Shown piece after piece: positions 35,260 through 43,938 of a DNA stretch of 64,000 nucleotides. Position 1 is the stretch's first letter, and each line of letters opens with the position of its first letter. A program made the position numbers and the translations under genes. The stretch is from positions 368 through 64,367 of the forward strand of contig CAMARA010000003.1 of assembly GCA_945860585.1 (NCBI GenBank), read 5' to 3'. Source of the DNA: Francisella tularensis subsp. holarctica (GTDB lineage: Bacteria > Pseudomonadota > Gammaproteobacteria > Francisellales > CACEW01). Under the pieces are notes generated by a model. The model worked only from the letters and a program-made list of their open reading frames with translations. It was not told the origin of the DNA and did not search any database.

Positions 35260-36192
35260 ATGCGCAACAAACACGATTATTATTTCAAATCCTTGATGAC
35301 AAAGCAGGCCTTTTTTGAGTCATTTATCAAAACATATCTGCCTAAAGAATGGCTGGACCGTTTGGATTGGTCATCGATTCAGTTATATAAAATGAGTGGT
35401 AAGCATCGTTCTGAGAAACTGCACAAAGAGTTTGAGGCAGATGTGATTTATTTGGCGCGTTTTGCTGATCAGGAGTGTCTGATCTGGTTTCATTGCGAAC
35501 ACCAAACGACTCCGGATCGACTGATGACGCTGCGCACGGTGAATTATCAATCTGCCGAGCTACTGGGCTATGCAGAACAAAACCCACAAAAACCGTTGCC
35601 GACAATTATTACCCTGATTTATCATCAAGGCAAGCGGCCCTGGCCTTATAGTATGCGCTTGGAGGATTTGTTTGCTGAGCCACATCTGGCGATGAAATAT
35701 TTTGGTCAGCCTATTTTGATTGATCTGCCCCTGATTCCAGATGAACAATTGCGTCAGCACAACGGCATCGGCCCGGTTGAGATGGTTCTCAAGTACGTAC
35801 GTCGTAAAGAATTTAAAACAAACATGCGAATCTTGTTGACTGAACTTCAGTCAGTGGATGACACTTTGCGTTCAATTGTGATAGAATATCTCATCGAAGC
35901 GGTAGATGTTCCAGATCTGGTAGCAGTAGCCACAGAGTGTTTACCTAACGACAAGGAGGTCATTATGACAGTTGCAGAACAATTAATTAGACGTGGTGTT
36001 CGGCAAGGAATGCAGCAAGGCATGCAGCAAGGAATGCAGCAAGGCATACAGCAAGGCATGCAGCGGGGGATGCAAGATGGAATTTATCTGGTTGCAAAGA
36101 ATTTGCTAGAAAATGGTTCAGAAGTTTCCTTCGTAGCGAAGTGTACGGGCTTATCTACAGAGATTGTTACACGTCTTCGTGGCGCTCAGTAA
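35260..36192 (+). CDS. Rpn-family recombination-promoting nuclease / YhgA-like putative transposase (PD-(D/E)xK), intact copy
   Basis: 310 aa. HDYYFKSLMTKQAFFESFIKTYLP...EFEADVIYLARF...IWFHCEHQTTPD is the Rpn/Transposase_31 signature. The C-terminus has AEQLIRRG, a QGMQ repeat region and AKNLLENGSEVSFVAKCTGLS. Confidence 0.85.
   Translation: MRNKHDYYFKSLMTKQAFFESFIKTYLPKEWLDRLDWSSIQLYKMSGKHRSEKLHKEFEADVIYLARFADQECLIWFHCEHQTTPDRLMTLRTVNYQSAELLGYAEQNPQKPLPTIITLIYHQGKRPWPYSMRLEDLFAEPHLAMKYFGQPILIDLPLIPDEQLRQHNGIGPVEMVLKYVRRKEFKTNMRILLTELQSVDDTLRSIVIEYLIEAVDVPDLVAVATECLPNDKEVIMTVAEQLIRRGVRQGMQQGMQQGMQQGIQQGMQRGMQDGIYLVAKNLLENGSEVSFVAKCTGLSTEIVTRLRGAQ
36004..36075 (+). repeat. 12-bp tandem repeat (6 units) encoding (Q-G-M-Q)n inside the Rpn gene
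   Basis: caaggaatgcag / caaggcatgcag / caaggaatgcag / caaggcatacag / caaggcatgcag / cgggggatgcaa. The stand-alone module has about 4 units and the downstream pseudogene copy about 1. Confidence 0.85.
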
Positions 36193-36202
36193 GGAGATTA
36201 TT

Positions 36203-36406
36203 GTGACAGTAGCAGAGCAATTAATCAGGCGCGGTGTTCGGCAAGGAATGCAGCAGGGAATGCAGCAGGGAATGCGAGAAGGCATGCAGAATGCCTTATG
36301 TCTGGTTGCAAAAAATCTGCTAAAAAGTGGAGCTGAAATTTCTTTCGTGCTGAAGTGCACAGGTCTATCTGCTGAAATGGTTGCAAGCCTTCGAGACTCA
36401 GCCTAG
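36203..36406 (+). CDS. Stand-alone duplicate of the Rpn C-terminal module (67 aa)
   Basis: GTG 36203 is preceded by AAGGAG (36191-36196). The product VTVAEQLIRRGVRQGMQQGMQQGMREGMQNALCLVAKNLLKSGAEISFVLKCTGLSAEMVASL parallels residues 236-310 of the upstream Rpn protein. Confidence 0.55.
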   Translation: MTVAEQLIRRGVRQGMQQGMQQGMREGMQNALCLVAKNLLKSGAEISFVLKCTGLSAEMVASLRDSA

Positions 36407-37581
36407 ATTTTGGGAAAGCTTAATATAAAGTGCGTATACTCTTTTGCCACTGATTCACAGCGAATAGTTCCGCCAAAACTTTCCATAATCATTTTGCAAA
36501 AGGCCAGCCCGATTCCTGTCCCGTGGTGCGTTTTTGTATAAAAAGAGTTAAAAATAAGGGGCAAATTTTCCGGGCTGATGCCCATGCCGGTATCTTTAAA
36601 GTGAATCACATTATGATGTGCCTGCTGCTCGCACCAGATATGAATTTTGCCTCCTCCTGGTTTTGCACGCACATAGAAAATTCCATTCTTCAAAAGATTA
36701 AAGATGATATGGCGAAAAAAAGTCTCATCCCCCATGAATTCAAAGCTCTCTGTCTCATCATATTGCACCAGCGGTGCTGTGATGTCGTTCAGAGGGTAGC
36801 GACCAACAGCATTTCTAATCTCAGTCGCAGCCGAAAGTCGCACTAAAGGCCTGCTGTTGCTGGGCACATCCTCAAGGCTCACCTTTGCCAAAAGCATATC
36901 AATAAAAGTGTTGGCGCTTGCTGCTGTCTTATTCATATCATCAGGCAGCTCAGCCAGCGCTTGAAGATAAATGTCATCTAATGGTTTAGTAATTTTTCCT
37001 GCTGCAAGCGCATAGTGATAACCCTCCAATAAAGTCGGCAGCAGTTGCTGAAGCACGCCACTCTGCGCATTAACGGTCGCCATTGGTGTGCGAATTTCAT
37101 GTGCCACACTTGCTGCCATGAGGCGTAGTGCTGTGAGCTTTTCGTGGATGATATTAGCTTTCAGTCTAGTATTTTCTTTCAAAGCCATTTCTTGTTCGCG
37201 CTTTAACTCAGTAATATCTACTGCGAATCCAAGCATGCCAATAACTTGCTTTTCATCATAAATTGGTGATTTTTTAGATAAGTAAATGCGTTCTTCATTA
37301 TCAAGCTGCATGCGCTCTTCAATAATCACTGTGGTGCCATTTTGCATAATCAAGCTATCGTTTTTACTAATTAACTCAGCTGTTTTTTTATCATGTAAAA
37401 TTTCAAAAATTGTCTTTCCTATAAAATCAGCGGGTGAGCGAAATCCAAGATTTTTTGCTTGATTTAAATTCGCACCCTGATATACTCCATCGGTGTCTTT
37501 CCAAAAAAGATAGGGTAATTGACTAAACAGAATATCTAGAATTTCATAATGTTTCTGAATTTTCAATGGGGAAATAGCCAT
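36403..37581 (-). CDS. Cytoplasmic PAS-domain sensor histidine kinase (orphan)
   Basis: PAS-like region (FWKDTDGVYQGANLNQAKNLGF...), H-box SVAHEIRTPMATV, and N/G1/G2 boxes (NLLKNGIFY, DTGMGI, GTGIGLAFC). ATG 37581 is preferred over 37704 because it removes the overlap with the divergent gene. There is no adjacent response regulator. Confidence 0.85.
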   Translation of the reverse strand: MAISPLKIQKHYEILDILFSQLPYLFWKDTDGVYQGANLNQAKNLGFRSPADFIGKTIFEILHDKKTAELISKNDSLIMQNGTTVIIEERMQLDNEERIYLSKKSPIYDEKQVIGMLGFAVDITELKREQEMALKENTRLKANIIHEKLTALRLMAASVAHEIRTPMATVNAQSGVLQQLLPTLLEGYHYALAAGKITKPLDDIYLQALAELPDDMNKTAASANTFIDMLLAKVSLEDVPSNSRPLVRLSAATEIRNAVGRYPLNDITAPLVQYDETESFEFMGDETFFRHIIFNLLKNGIFYVRAKPGGGKIHIWCEQQAHHNVIHFKDTGMGISPENLPLIFNSFYTKTHHGTGIGLAFCKMIMESFGGTIRCESVAKEYTHFILSFPKI

Positions 37582-37635
37582 AATGTAATCGGTGGTGTGT
37601 ATGTGTTGTACTATGCTACCGTTTGGAGGTGAAAA

Positions 37636-38943
37636 ATGCAAGTCTATATTTTTATATACAATGTGATTTATATTAAATGTGATTTTTCTAGCATTATAAA
37701 TCATGGGGATCGAAAATTAGTTTTAATTGGAAGCCCGCATTGCTTAAAGCAGCTAAGTGTAAGAAACCGAAATTGCTTTGACCATATTCATGAAATAAAA
37801 CGTGATTTTCATGATGTGAACTTGTCAGAAGTGACTGCAATTGTATCTCGGTATGTGCAAGACCATGGTAAGGATAATGTGTTTTTATTAACGAATGAAG
37901 AGAGTGCGCAATTAACCTGCGCACACGTTCGTGAGCATTTTGATCTTCAGGGAGAGGGGGCGTTAGAAATAGAGCCGTATGTAAATAAAGTGGTTTGCAA
38001 AAATAAATTGTCTGGCCATGTTAATTTTCCACGTTTTGTACAGTTTGATAAACAGGAATATCAAGCGCACTCTAGGCATTATTTGGATGCTTTAGAAGCT
38101 CAGCTTGGATATCCGATGTTTTCAAAGCCCATTGATCTTGTGAGTAGTATTGAAGCGAATAAAATTTCTTCACGCTTTGATCTGGAGCGGATTGCCGAGC
38201 GAATTCTAATGCTTCAATATGAGTTTGAGATAGATGCGTTTGTGGATGGTGAATTATTTCATTGTGATATTTTTTTGATAAATGGTCAGGTGAAGTTTTT
38301 TATGACGGGGCAGTGTAGTTTTGCATTATCTCGTTTTTTTGAGGGTAAGCCGGTTGGAAGTATTCCGGTCAATGATCCAGTTTTATTTGAACAGTTAAAA
38401 GCCTTTTCTCTTAAAGCGCTGCAGGTTTTAAATCCACGATCTGGAGCATATCATATGGAAGTCTTTAAAGAGAAAGAAACGGGGAAGTTATTTTTTCTAG
38501 AAGTGGGGGCAAGAACCGGTGGAGCGCTTATTTCTAAGGTAATTGAGAAAATTTATGGTTTTAATATCGAAGAAATAAACTACAAAATTAAAATGGGTTT
38601 GATTGATGATTTTACTTATGAAGATCAAGGGTTTTATGCTGGGTTCTTGAATTATCCAACAATGGATGGCCTGGTGCACAATATTTTGGAGCCAGAATTA
38701 AATATTCGACATCAGTTTATTCACTTTTTTAGGCGGGGTGATCCAACCAATCAGGCAAAAAATTTATTAGATATGTCCTTTAGTATTTTATTTTGGGATA
38801 AGTCTTTTGAAAAAGTGGCCGCAACATTTGAATACCTGAAAAATTATACGCCTGTGGTCTATGATGACGAGCTTGAGTCAGTTCTTACATCGTATCAACA
38901 CTATATCACCAGAAGGCAAGAAATTGAATTATTGGCATATTGA
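37636..38943 (+). CDS. ATP-grasp domain protein (start uncertain)
   Basis: 435 aa. YPMFSKPIDLVSS, AFVDGELFHCD, YHMEVFKEKETGKLFFLEVGARTGGALI are ATP-grasp hallmarks. The gene is AT-rich. The first about 20 codons look non-coding, and I found no in-frame ATG to replace the start. Confidence 0.72.
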   Translation: MQVYIFIYNVIYIKCDFSSIINHGDRKLVLIGSPHCLKQLSVRNRNCFDHIHEIKRDFHDVNLSEVTAIVSRYVQDHGKDNVFLLTNEESAQLTCAHVREHFDLQGEGALEIEPYVNKVVCKNKLSGHVNFPRFVQFDKQEYQAHSRHYLDALEAQLGYPMFSKPIDLVSSIEANKISSRFDLERIAERILMLQYEFEIDAFVDGELFHCDIFLINGQVKFFMTGQCSFALSRFFEGKPVGSIPVNDPVLFEQLKAFSLKALQVLNPRSGAYHMEVFKEKETGKLFFLEVGARTGGALISKVIEKIYGFNIEEINYKIKMGLIDDFTYEDQGFYAGFLNYPTMDGLVHNILEPELNIRHQFIHFFRRGDPTNQAKNLLDMSFSILFWDKSFEKVAATFEYLKNYTPVVYDDELESVLTSYQHYITRRQEIELLAY

Positions 38944-39068
38944 TTGTTTGGGGGACTTATTAGGGGGGCATAAGTCTCTCGGTTTCGCTGGCCTGGCATC
39001 AGGCGGCTTATCCTGCGTTGTCAAAAGCAGGGCATTTGATTTTGATTGAATCGTTTTAAAAAAACAGC

Positions 39069-39097
39069 TTGGCATTCTGGCAAAATTGTAGTAGAAT
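39069..39097 (+). promoter_or_regulatory. Putative sigma70 promoter of rplS
   Basis: TTGGCA (39069-39074), a 17-nt spacer, then TAGAAT (39092-39097), about 47 nt upstream of the rplS ATG. Confidence 0.5.
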
Positions 39098-39143
39098 TCG
39101 CAGTTCTTTATGAGTTTAAATTTGTTTTATTTGGAGAGTAACA

Positions 39144-39488
39144 ATGCGTCAAATGGTTCAAGAGTTTGAAAAAGCTCAGCAAAAACAGGATTTCCCAGCG
39201 TTTCGTGCAGGCGATACCGTCGTGGTTCAAGTCCGGGTTAAAGAAGGAAATAACGAACGTCTGCAGGCTTTTGAAGGCGTCGTGATTGCGAAACGGAATC
39301 GTGGTTTGAATTCTGCGTTCACTGTGCGGAAAATTTCTGATGGTGAAGGCGTGGAACGTGTATTTCAAGTGCATAGTACGGTGGTGGCGAGCGTAGTCGT
39401 CAAGCGTCGTGGTGATGTGCGTCGTGCTAAACTTTACAATCTGCGTGCATTGCGCGGTAAAGCTGCGCGGATTCGCGAAAAGCTTTAA
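39144..39488 (+). CDS. rplS: 50S ribosomal protein L19
   Basis: [56 protein letters not shown] is the canonical L19 sequence. Confidence 0.95.
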   Translation: MRQMVQEFEKAQQKQDFPAFRAGDTVVVQVRVKEGNNERLQAFEGVVIAKRNRGLNSAFTVRKISDGEGVERVFQVHSTVVASVVVKRRGDVRRAKLYNLRALRGKAARIREKL

Positions 39489-39497
39489 GTCTTACAC

Positions 39498-39563
39498 GAT
39501 AGTCTGTCTCGGCTATCTTTTTTATTTCAAAGGGCATCACGTGGTTTCGTTGATGCCTTTTTT
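39498..39563 (+). terminator. Two tandem rho-independent terminators after rplS
   Basis: First hairpin: gatagtc / ggctatc (one G:U pair) followed by T6, at 39498-39523. Second hairpin: ggcatca / tgatgcc followed by T6, at 39533-39563. Confidence 0.65.
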
Positions 39564-39636
39564 ATTGTGCAAAGTCTTGACCCCTGTGTCCAGGTAGAAT
39601 ATTATATCTGCAGTTTAAATAAAATTCTATGCAGAT

Positions 39637-40518
39637 GTGAAAAACAAACACGATCATTATTTTAAAGCCCTGATGACAAAACGGGCCTTTTTTGAGTCTT
39701 TCATCAAGGCGTATCTGCCTAAAGAGTGGCTGGATCTTTTGGATTGGTCATCGATTCAGTTATATAAAATGAGCGGCAGGCATCGTTCTGAAAAACTGCG
39801 CAAAGAGTTTGAAGCAGATGTAATTTATCTTGCGCGTTTTGGAGATCAGGAATGTTTAATCTGGTTTCATTGCGAACACCAAACGACTCCAGATCGACTG
39901 ATGACGCTGCGCACGGTGAATTATCAATCTGCGGAGTTGTTAGGCTATGCAGAACAAAATCCACAAAAGCCGTTGCCGACAATTATTACCCTGATTTATC
40001 AACAAGGCAATCGGCCCTGGCCCCATAGTATGCACTTGCAGGATTTGTTTGCGGAGCCACAGCTGGCCATGAAATATTTTGGCCAGCCTATTTTGATTGA
40101 TCTGCCCCTGATTCCAGATGAGCAATTGCGTCAGCATAACGGGATTGGCCCGGTTGAGATGGTGCTCAAGTATGTGCGTCGTAAAGAGTTTAAGACAAAA
40201 ATGCGAATCTTGTTGACCGAGCTTCAGTCAGTGGATGACATTTTGCGCCCAATTGTGATAGAATAACTCATCGAAGCGGTAGATGTTCCAGATCTGGTAG
40301 CAGCAGCCACAGAGTGTTTACCTAATGACAAGGAGGTCATTATGACAGTCGCAGAACAATTAATCAGGCGCGGTGTTCAGCAAGGTGCGCAGAATACATT
40401 GTATCTAGTTGCAAAAAATTTGCTAGAAAATGGTTTGGAGGTTCCCTTCGTAGCGAAGTGTACGGGCTTATCTGCCGAGATTGTTGTGAGCCTGCGGAAT
40501 CAAAAAAATTCTAAATAA
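39637..40518 (+). pseudogene. Rpn-family nuclease gene, second copy, interrupted by an in-frame TAA (or split into two genes)
   Basis: By eye it is about 90% identical at the DNA level to 35260-36192. Codon 210 is TAA (40264-40266) where copy 1 has TAT. The frame stays open afterwards to TAA 40516-40518, and the QGMQ repeat region is collapsed. Confidence 0.75.
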
Positions 40519-40536
40519 TACCAAAAGCCCTTAAAA

Positions 40537-40605
40537 AGCATATTAATTGCTGCTCAAACATGCTCGGTTTTACCTGCGCAACTCGCATCAATTAACATAC
40601 TTTTT
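40537..40605. terminator. Long imperfect hairpin flanked by A and T runs, a possible bidirectional terminator between the Rpn copy and fkpB
   Basis: agcatattaattg (40537-40549) pairs with caattaacatact (40589-40601), 11/13 matches. AAAAA lies upstream and TTTTT downstream. The loop is long (39 nt), so this is a weak call. Confidence 0.3.
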
Positions 40606-40635
40606 CAGGACTTTTGTTGTAATGCCTCGTTAGAC

Positions 40636-41079
40636 CTACGCATGCACAGACATAACCTCAATATCAAATAAAATCACCTGCCCAGCGAGTGGGTGATTGA
40701 AGTCTACGGTAATTTCATATTCGTCAATCGCCTGGATAATGCCGGGAATCTCTTGGCCGTTTGGTTGCGTGAACATAAAGATATGGCCGACCTCTAAGGT
40801 GGCTCCGCCTTCTGCTTGGGCGAATTTGGCTTTGGGGACTTGGTAGATCTGCGCGGGATGCGGTTCACCGAAGGCATCTTCTGGGAGGAGCATGATTTTG
40901 GAGCGGTCGCCCGCTTTCAAGCCGATTAACTTTTCTTCGAGTTTGTCTGCAAAAATCCCGGTGCCCAATTTGAATTGGAAGGGTTTGCCGATATTGCGCG
41001 TGCTGTCGGCGATGGAGCCGTCTTTTAAACGAATGTCAAAGTGAATGCTGATTTCACTGTTTGGGGTAATGATGTTCAT
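40636..41079 (-). CDS. fkpB: FKBP-type peptidyl-prolyl cis-trans isomerase (SlpA/FkpB-like)
   Basis: 147 aa. HFDIRLKDGSIADSTR...PFQFKLGTG...GLKAGDRSKIMLLPEDAFG, lying downstream of lspA as in E. coli. Confidence 0.85.
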   Translation of the reverse strand: MNIITPNSEISIHFDIRLKDGSIADSTRNIGKPFQFKLGTGIFADKLEEKLIGLKAGDRSKIMLLPEDAFGEPHPAQIYQVPKAKFAQAEGGATLEVGHIFMFTQPNGQEIPGIIQAIDEYEITVDFNHPLAGQVILFDIEVMSVHA

Positions 41080-41591
41080 GCTTTGCGAAATCCACTCAGG
41101 ATGAAAAAGAAGACGCCGATGCAGATAGCGGAGTCTGCGATATTAAAAGCCGGCCAGTGATAATCATTGATGTGAAAGTCAATAAAGTCGACGACATAGC
41201 CATCAATCAGGCGATCATAGAGATTGCCGAGGGTGCCGCCTAAAATCAGGCTAAGTGCGGCGGCGGTGAAAGAATGCTTGCCATTCGCGCGCCAGAGCCA
41301 GGCTAAAATACCTAGAGAAACGGCGACGGCAATGAATACAAAAATCCACAGTTGCCAGCCGCCTGCGCCGCTTAAAAAGCCAAAGGCGGAACCGGTATTG
41401 TGGACGAGTTCAAAGTTTAAGAAAGGGAAAATGGGGTCGCTGATGAGGCGATTGAGATAGTATTCTGCCATGCTTTTGGTGGTAAGGTCGAGGGCAATCA
41501 CGATGAGGGTCAGCCAGAGCCAACGCCATTGGCCGCCGCCGCTCCCGCCGCGGGATTTTTTGCCTTCGCTGGGTGCTTTTTTCTTGGCCAT
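41076..41591 (-). CDS. lspA: Lipoprotein signal peptidase II
   Basis: 171 aa with four TM segments and the NTGSAFGF and FNIADSAI motifs. Confidence 0.9.
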   Translation of the reverse strand: MAKKKAPSEGKKSRGGSGGGQWRWLWLTLIVIALDLTTKSMAEYYLNRLISDPIFPFLNFELVHNTGSAFGFLSGAGGWQLWIFVFIAVAVSLGILAWLWRANGKHSFTAAALSLILGGTLGNLYDRLIDGYVVDFIDFHINDYHWPAFNIADSAICIGVFFFILSGFRKA

Positions 41592-41621
41592 GATGTGCGT
41601 TCCTTGATTGAGTTTAGCCTA

Positions 41622-42629
41622 TTATAGAGTGTCTGGATGCATTTCACAACGCGCTTTCACTTGAATCTCCAGGGCAAAAGTATGATCTTTTTTAAAATTC
41701 AACGCGCCCACCAGTGCAATCATGGCGCCATTGTCAGTGCAAAACTCCAGGCGTGGATAGTCCACTTTAAAATGATGGGTCTGGCTGAGGCGGGACAATT
41801 CAGCGCGGAGGGTCTGATTGGCGCTCACGCCGCCTGAGACCACCAGATGCGTGTAACCTGTTTTTTGCAAAGCTCGGAGTGATTTTTGACAGAGGGTTTT
41901 GATCATCACGCCTTCAAAGCTCGCCGCAATGTCGGCGCGCGTTTGTGGGTCTTGCGCCTCCCGTTCGATCAATAAGCGGGTGGCTGTTTTCAGGCCGCTA
42001 AAGCTAAAGTCAAGCGAATCAGCTTGCAGGAGGGGCAGCGGCAGCTTGAAGCGGGGCGTCCCGCGCGTGGCAAGCTCCGCTAAATATTTGCCGCCGGGAT
42101 ACGGGAGGCCAAGAATTTTGGCAGTTTTATCAAAAGCCTCGCCCGCTGCATCATCGAGGGTATCGCCGAGCAGCTCATAGCGGCCAATTCCCGTCACTGC
42201 GTAAAGTTGCGTGTGTCCACCTGAAACCAGCAAAGCAATAAATGGAAAGTGGATGGCGGTTGTTTCCAGAAACGGCGCTAGCAGATGTCCTTCCATATGA
42301 TGCACGGGAATGGTGGGCAAATTCCACGCCAGTGCCAGGCTTTTTGCAATGCCCGCGCCGATCATCAACGCGCCGACCAGTCCCGGTGCATAGGTATACG
42401 CAATCCCGTCCAAGGCCTGGGCATCGATCTTTGCCTGCTGAAGACAGGTGTCAATCAGGGGTAAAATCGTGCGGATATGATCGCGAGAGGCCAACTCCGG
42501 CACAACGCCCCCATATTGGGCATGCAGTTTAACTTGGCTATAAAGCGTATGCGCAAGCAGGCCGCGGTCGGTATCATAAATGGCAATGCCGGTTTCATCG
42601 CAGGAACTTTCGATCCCCAGAATTTTCAT
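41622..42629 (-). CDS. tsaD: tRNA N6-adenosine threonylcarbamoyltransferase TsaD
   Basis: [19 protein letters not shown]...[10 protein letters not shown]...LLVSGGHT is the canonical Gcp/TsaD sequence. Confidence 0.95.
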   Translation of the reverse strand: MKILGIESSCDETGIAIYDTDRGLLAHTLYSQVKLHAQYGGVVPELASRDHIRTILPLIDTCLQQAKIDAQALDGIAYTYAPGLVGALMIGAGIAKSLALAWNLPTIPVHHMEGHLLAPFLETTAIHFPFIALLVSGGHTQLYAVTGIGRYELLGDTLDDAAGEAFDKTAKILGLPYPGGKYLAELATRGTPRFKLPLPLLQADSLDFSFSGLKTATRLLIEREAQDPQTRADIAASFEGVMIKTLCQKSLRALQKTGYTHLVVSGGVSANQTLRAELSRLSQTHHFKVDYPRLEFCTDNGAMIALVGALNFKKDHTFALEIQVKARCEMHPDTL

Positions 42630-43804
42630 GAAGCAGGGTGGGTTGTGACGTCAATTGAGTTATCATAACCTTTTTCACTGCTTTGGCAAAGGCTTGCGTG
42701 TGAAAGTGTAGCGAGCCAATTTTTAAAATTGGGGTCATCAACAAAATAACCTCCTCTATCTTCTGCTTTTCCGATGATTCCTTTGCGGAGTAATTTTTTA
42801 ATAGACGCTTGCAGCATAGGCACGGGCATGTCTGGGAGGTTCAACTTGAGGGCAAGACATCGTCTTGAATCTGCCGAAAAAAGATGCTCCGTTTCAATCA
42901 CTATTTCCTGTAAAATAGTTTGCTCTATTATGGATAAAGATTCCCACTGCCCTTTAAACTCCCTATTGTCGAAAATTTCTGTGTTGAGTTCATCTTTCGC
43001 CTGATCGATGGTTAGATTTGGATTTAGAGCCATTCTTTCAACCAGGCTTCTTGCCAGGAGAGGGACTTTGTTCATGGCGGTAAAGGCATCCCATAAGCCT
43101 TGGGCGCTGAGCTCTCGTGTGGTGACGGTCTTAAAAACTTTGCTTAAATGATCTGTAAATCCACGATCTAAATCTGGAAAAGTCAAATTTTGTCCAAAAT
43201 GAAAGAAGGGCGCTTTTGCCTGAGAAAACATTTTGCGTAATCCCGCCTGAGAGGAGCCTGTAAAAATAACTTTTAGATGGTCTTTGTACATATCTAATGC
43301 CGTTCTGAAGCTGGCAATAAAGACATCATTTTTATTGTGCAATGCTAAAGCCTGCACTTCATCCATCAAGAGTAAGGTTTTTTTTGATTTTGCGAGGGCT
43401 CCCAGTAACTCTTTAATATCAACCAACTCAATGGGCTCTGATTTGTTAAATTCTACGCCCGCGCTCAGCTTGGAAACGCCGGCGCTGACTTTAGCAATTT
43501 TTCTAGCAGCGTTTTTGATTCTTCCCATGAGGCCATGACTGTTAAGGTATTGCTCTAAAGCGCGCTTAAATTTGACGGTTGGATTATCTGCAGCATCCAG
43601 GAAGCTAAAGTAAAAAACATTCCATCCATTTGTTTCTGCAAGGGGTTGGATATCCTTGCGTAAAAATTCGGTCTTGCCCATTCTGCGCGGGGCAAAGAAA
43701 ATAAAAGACGAAGACAGGCCGCTATCAAACATGGCAATAATCTGAGTGGCAAGTATCGTTCTGGCGTAATGCCAAAGGTCATTTTTTTGCATAATTATCC
43801 ACAA
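42626..43804 (-). CDS. AAA/STAND-like ATPase (archaeal-ATPase/ATPase_2-like P-loop protein with a C-terminal wHTH-like region)
   Basis: Walker [14 protein letters not shown], Walker [11 protein letters not shown], and a C-terminus [27 protein letters not shown] resembling a winged-helix domain. A 4-nt overlap links it to tsaD. Confidence 0.6.
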   Translation of the reverse strand: MWIIMQKNDLWHYARTILATQIIAMFDSGLSSSFIFFAPRRMGKTEFLRKDIQPLAETNGWNVFYFSFLDAADNPTVKFKRALEQYLNSHGLMGRIKNAARKIAKVSAGVSKLSAGVEFNKSEPIELVDIKELLGALAKSKKTLLLMDEVQALALHNKNDVFIASFRTALDMYKDHLKVIFTGSSQAGLRKMFSQAKAPFFHFGQNLTFPDLDRGFTDHLSKVFKTVTTRELSAQGLWDAFTAMNKVPLLARSLVERMALNPNLTIDQAKDELNTEIFDNREFKGQWESLSIIEQTILQEIVIETEHLFSADSRRCLALKLNLPDMPVPMLQASIKKLLRKGIIGKAEDRGGYFVDDPNFKNWLATLSHASLCQSSEKGYDNSIDVTTHPAS

Positions 43805-43938
43805 TTATTTATGACATGGATAATTATACCATTTGCATATAATGATGTCTAATTTTGTGAAGTGTGCGCTTGCCTTTTAGACATAACTTTTTTATTCTAC
43901 TTCAATTACATCAGTTATACATAAATGGAGACACCCCG

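Noticed and set aside
35260-36192. Annotating the Rpn/Transposase_31 genes as an IS element
   Set aside because: I could find no terminal inverted repeats or target-site duplications around either copy. The shared flank is only about 40 bp upstream. E. coli Rpn proteins are nucleases rather than demonstrated transposases. They are therefore called CDS or pseudogene, not mobile elements.
36004-36300. Short regularly spaced repeats that could be mistaken for a mini CRISPR array
   Set aside because: The units are 12 bp, contiguous and without spacers. They are in frame and encode the QGMQ peptide repeats of Rpn proteins. No cas genes are present.
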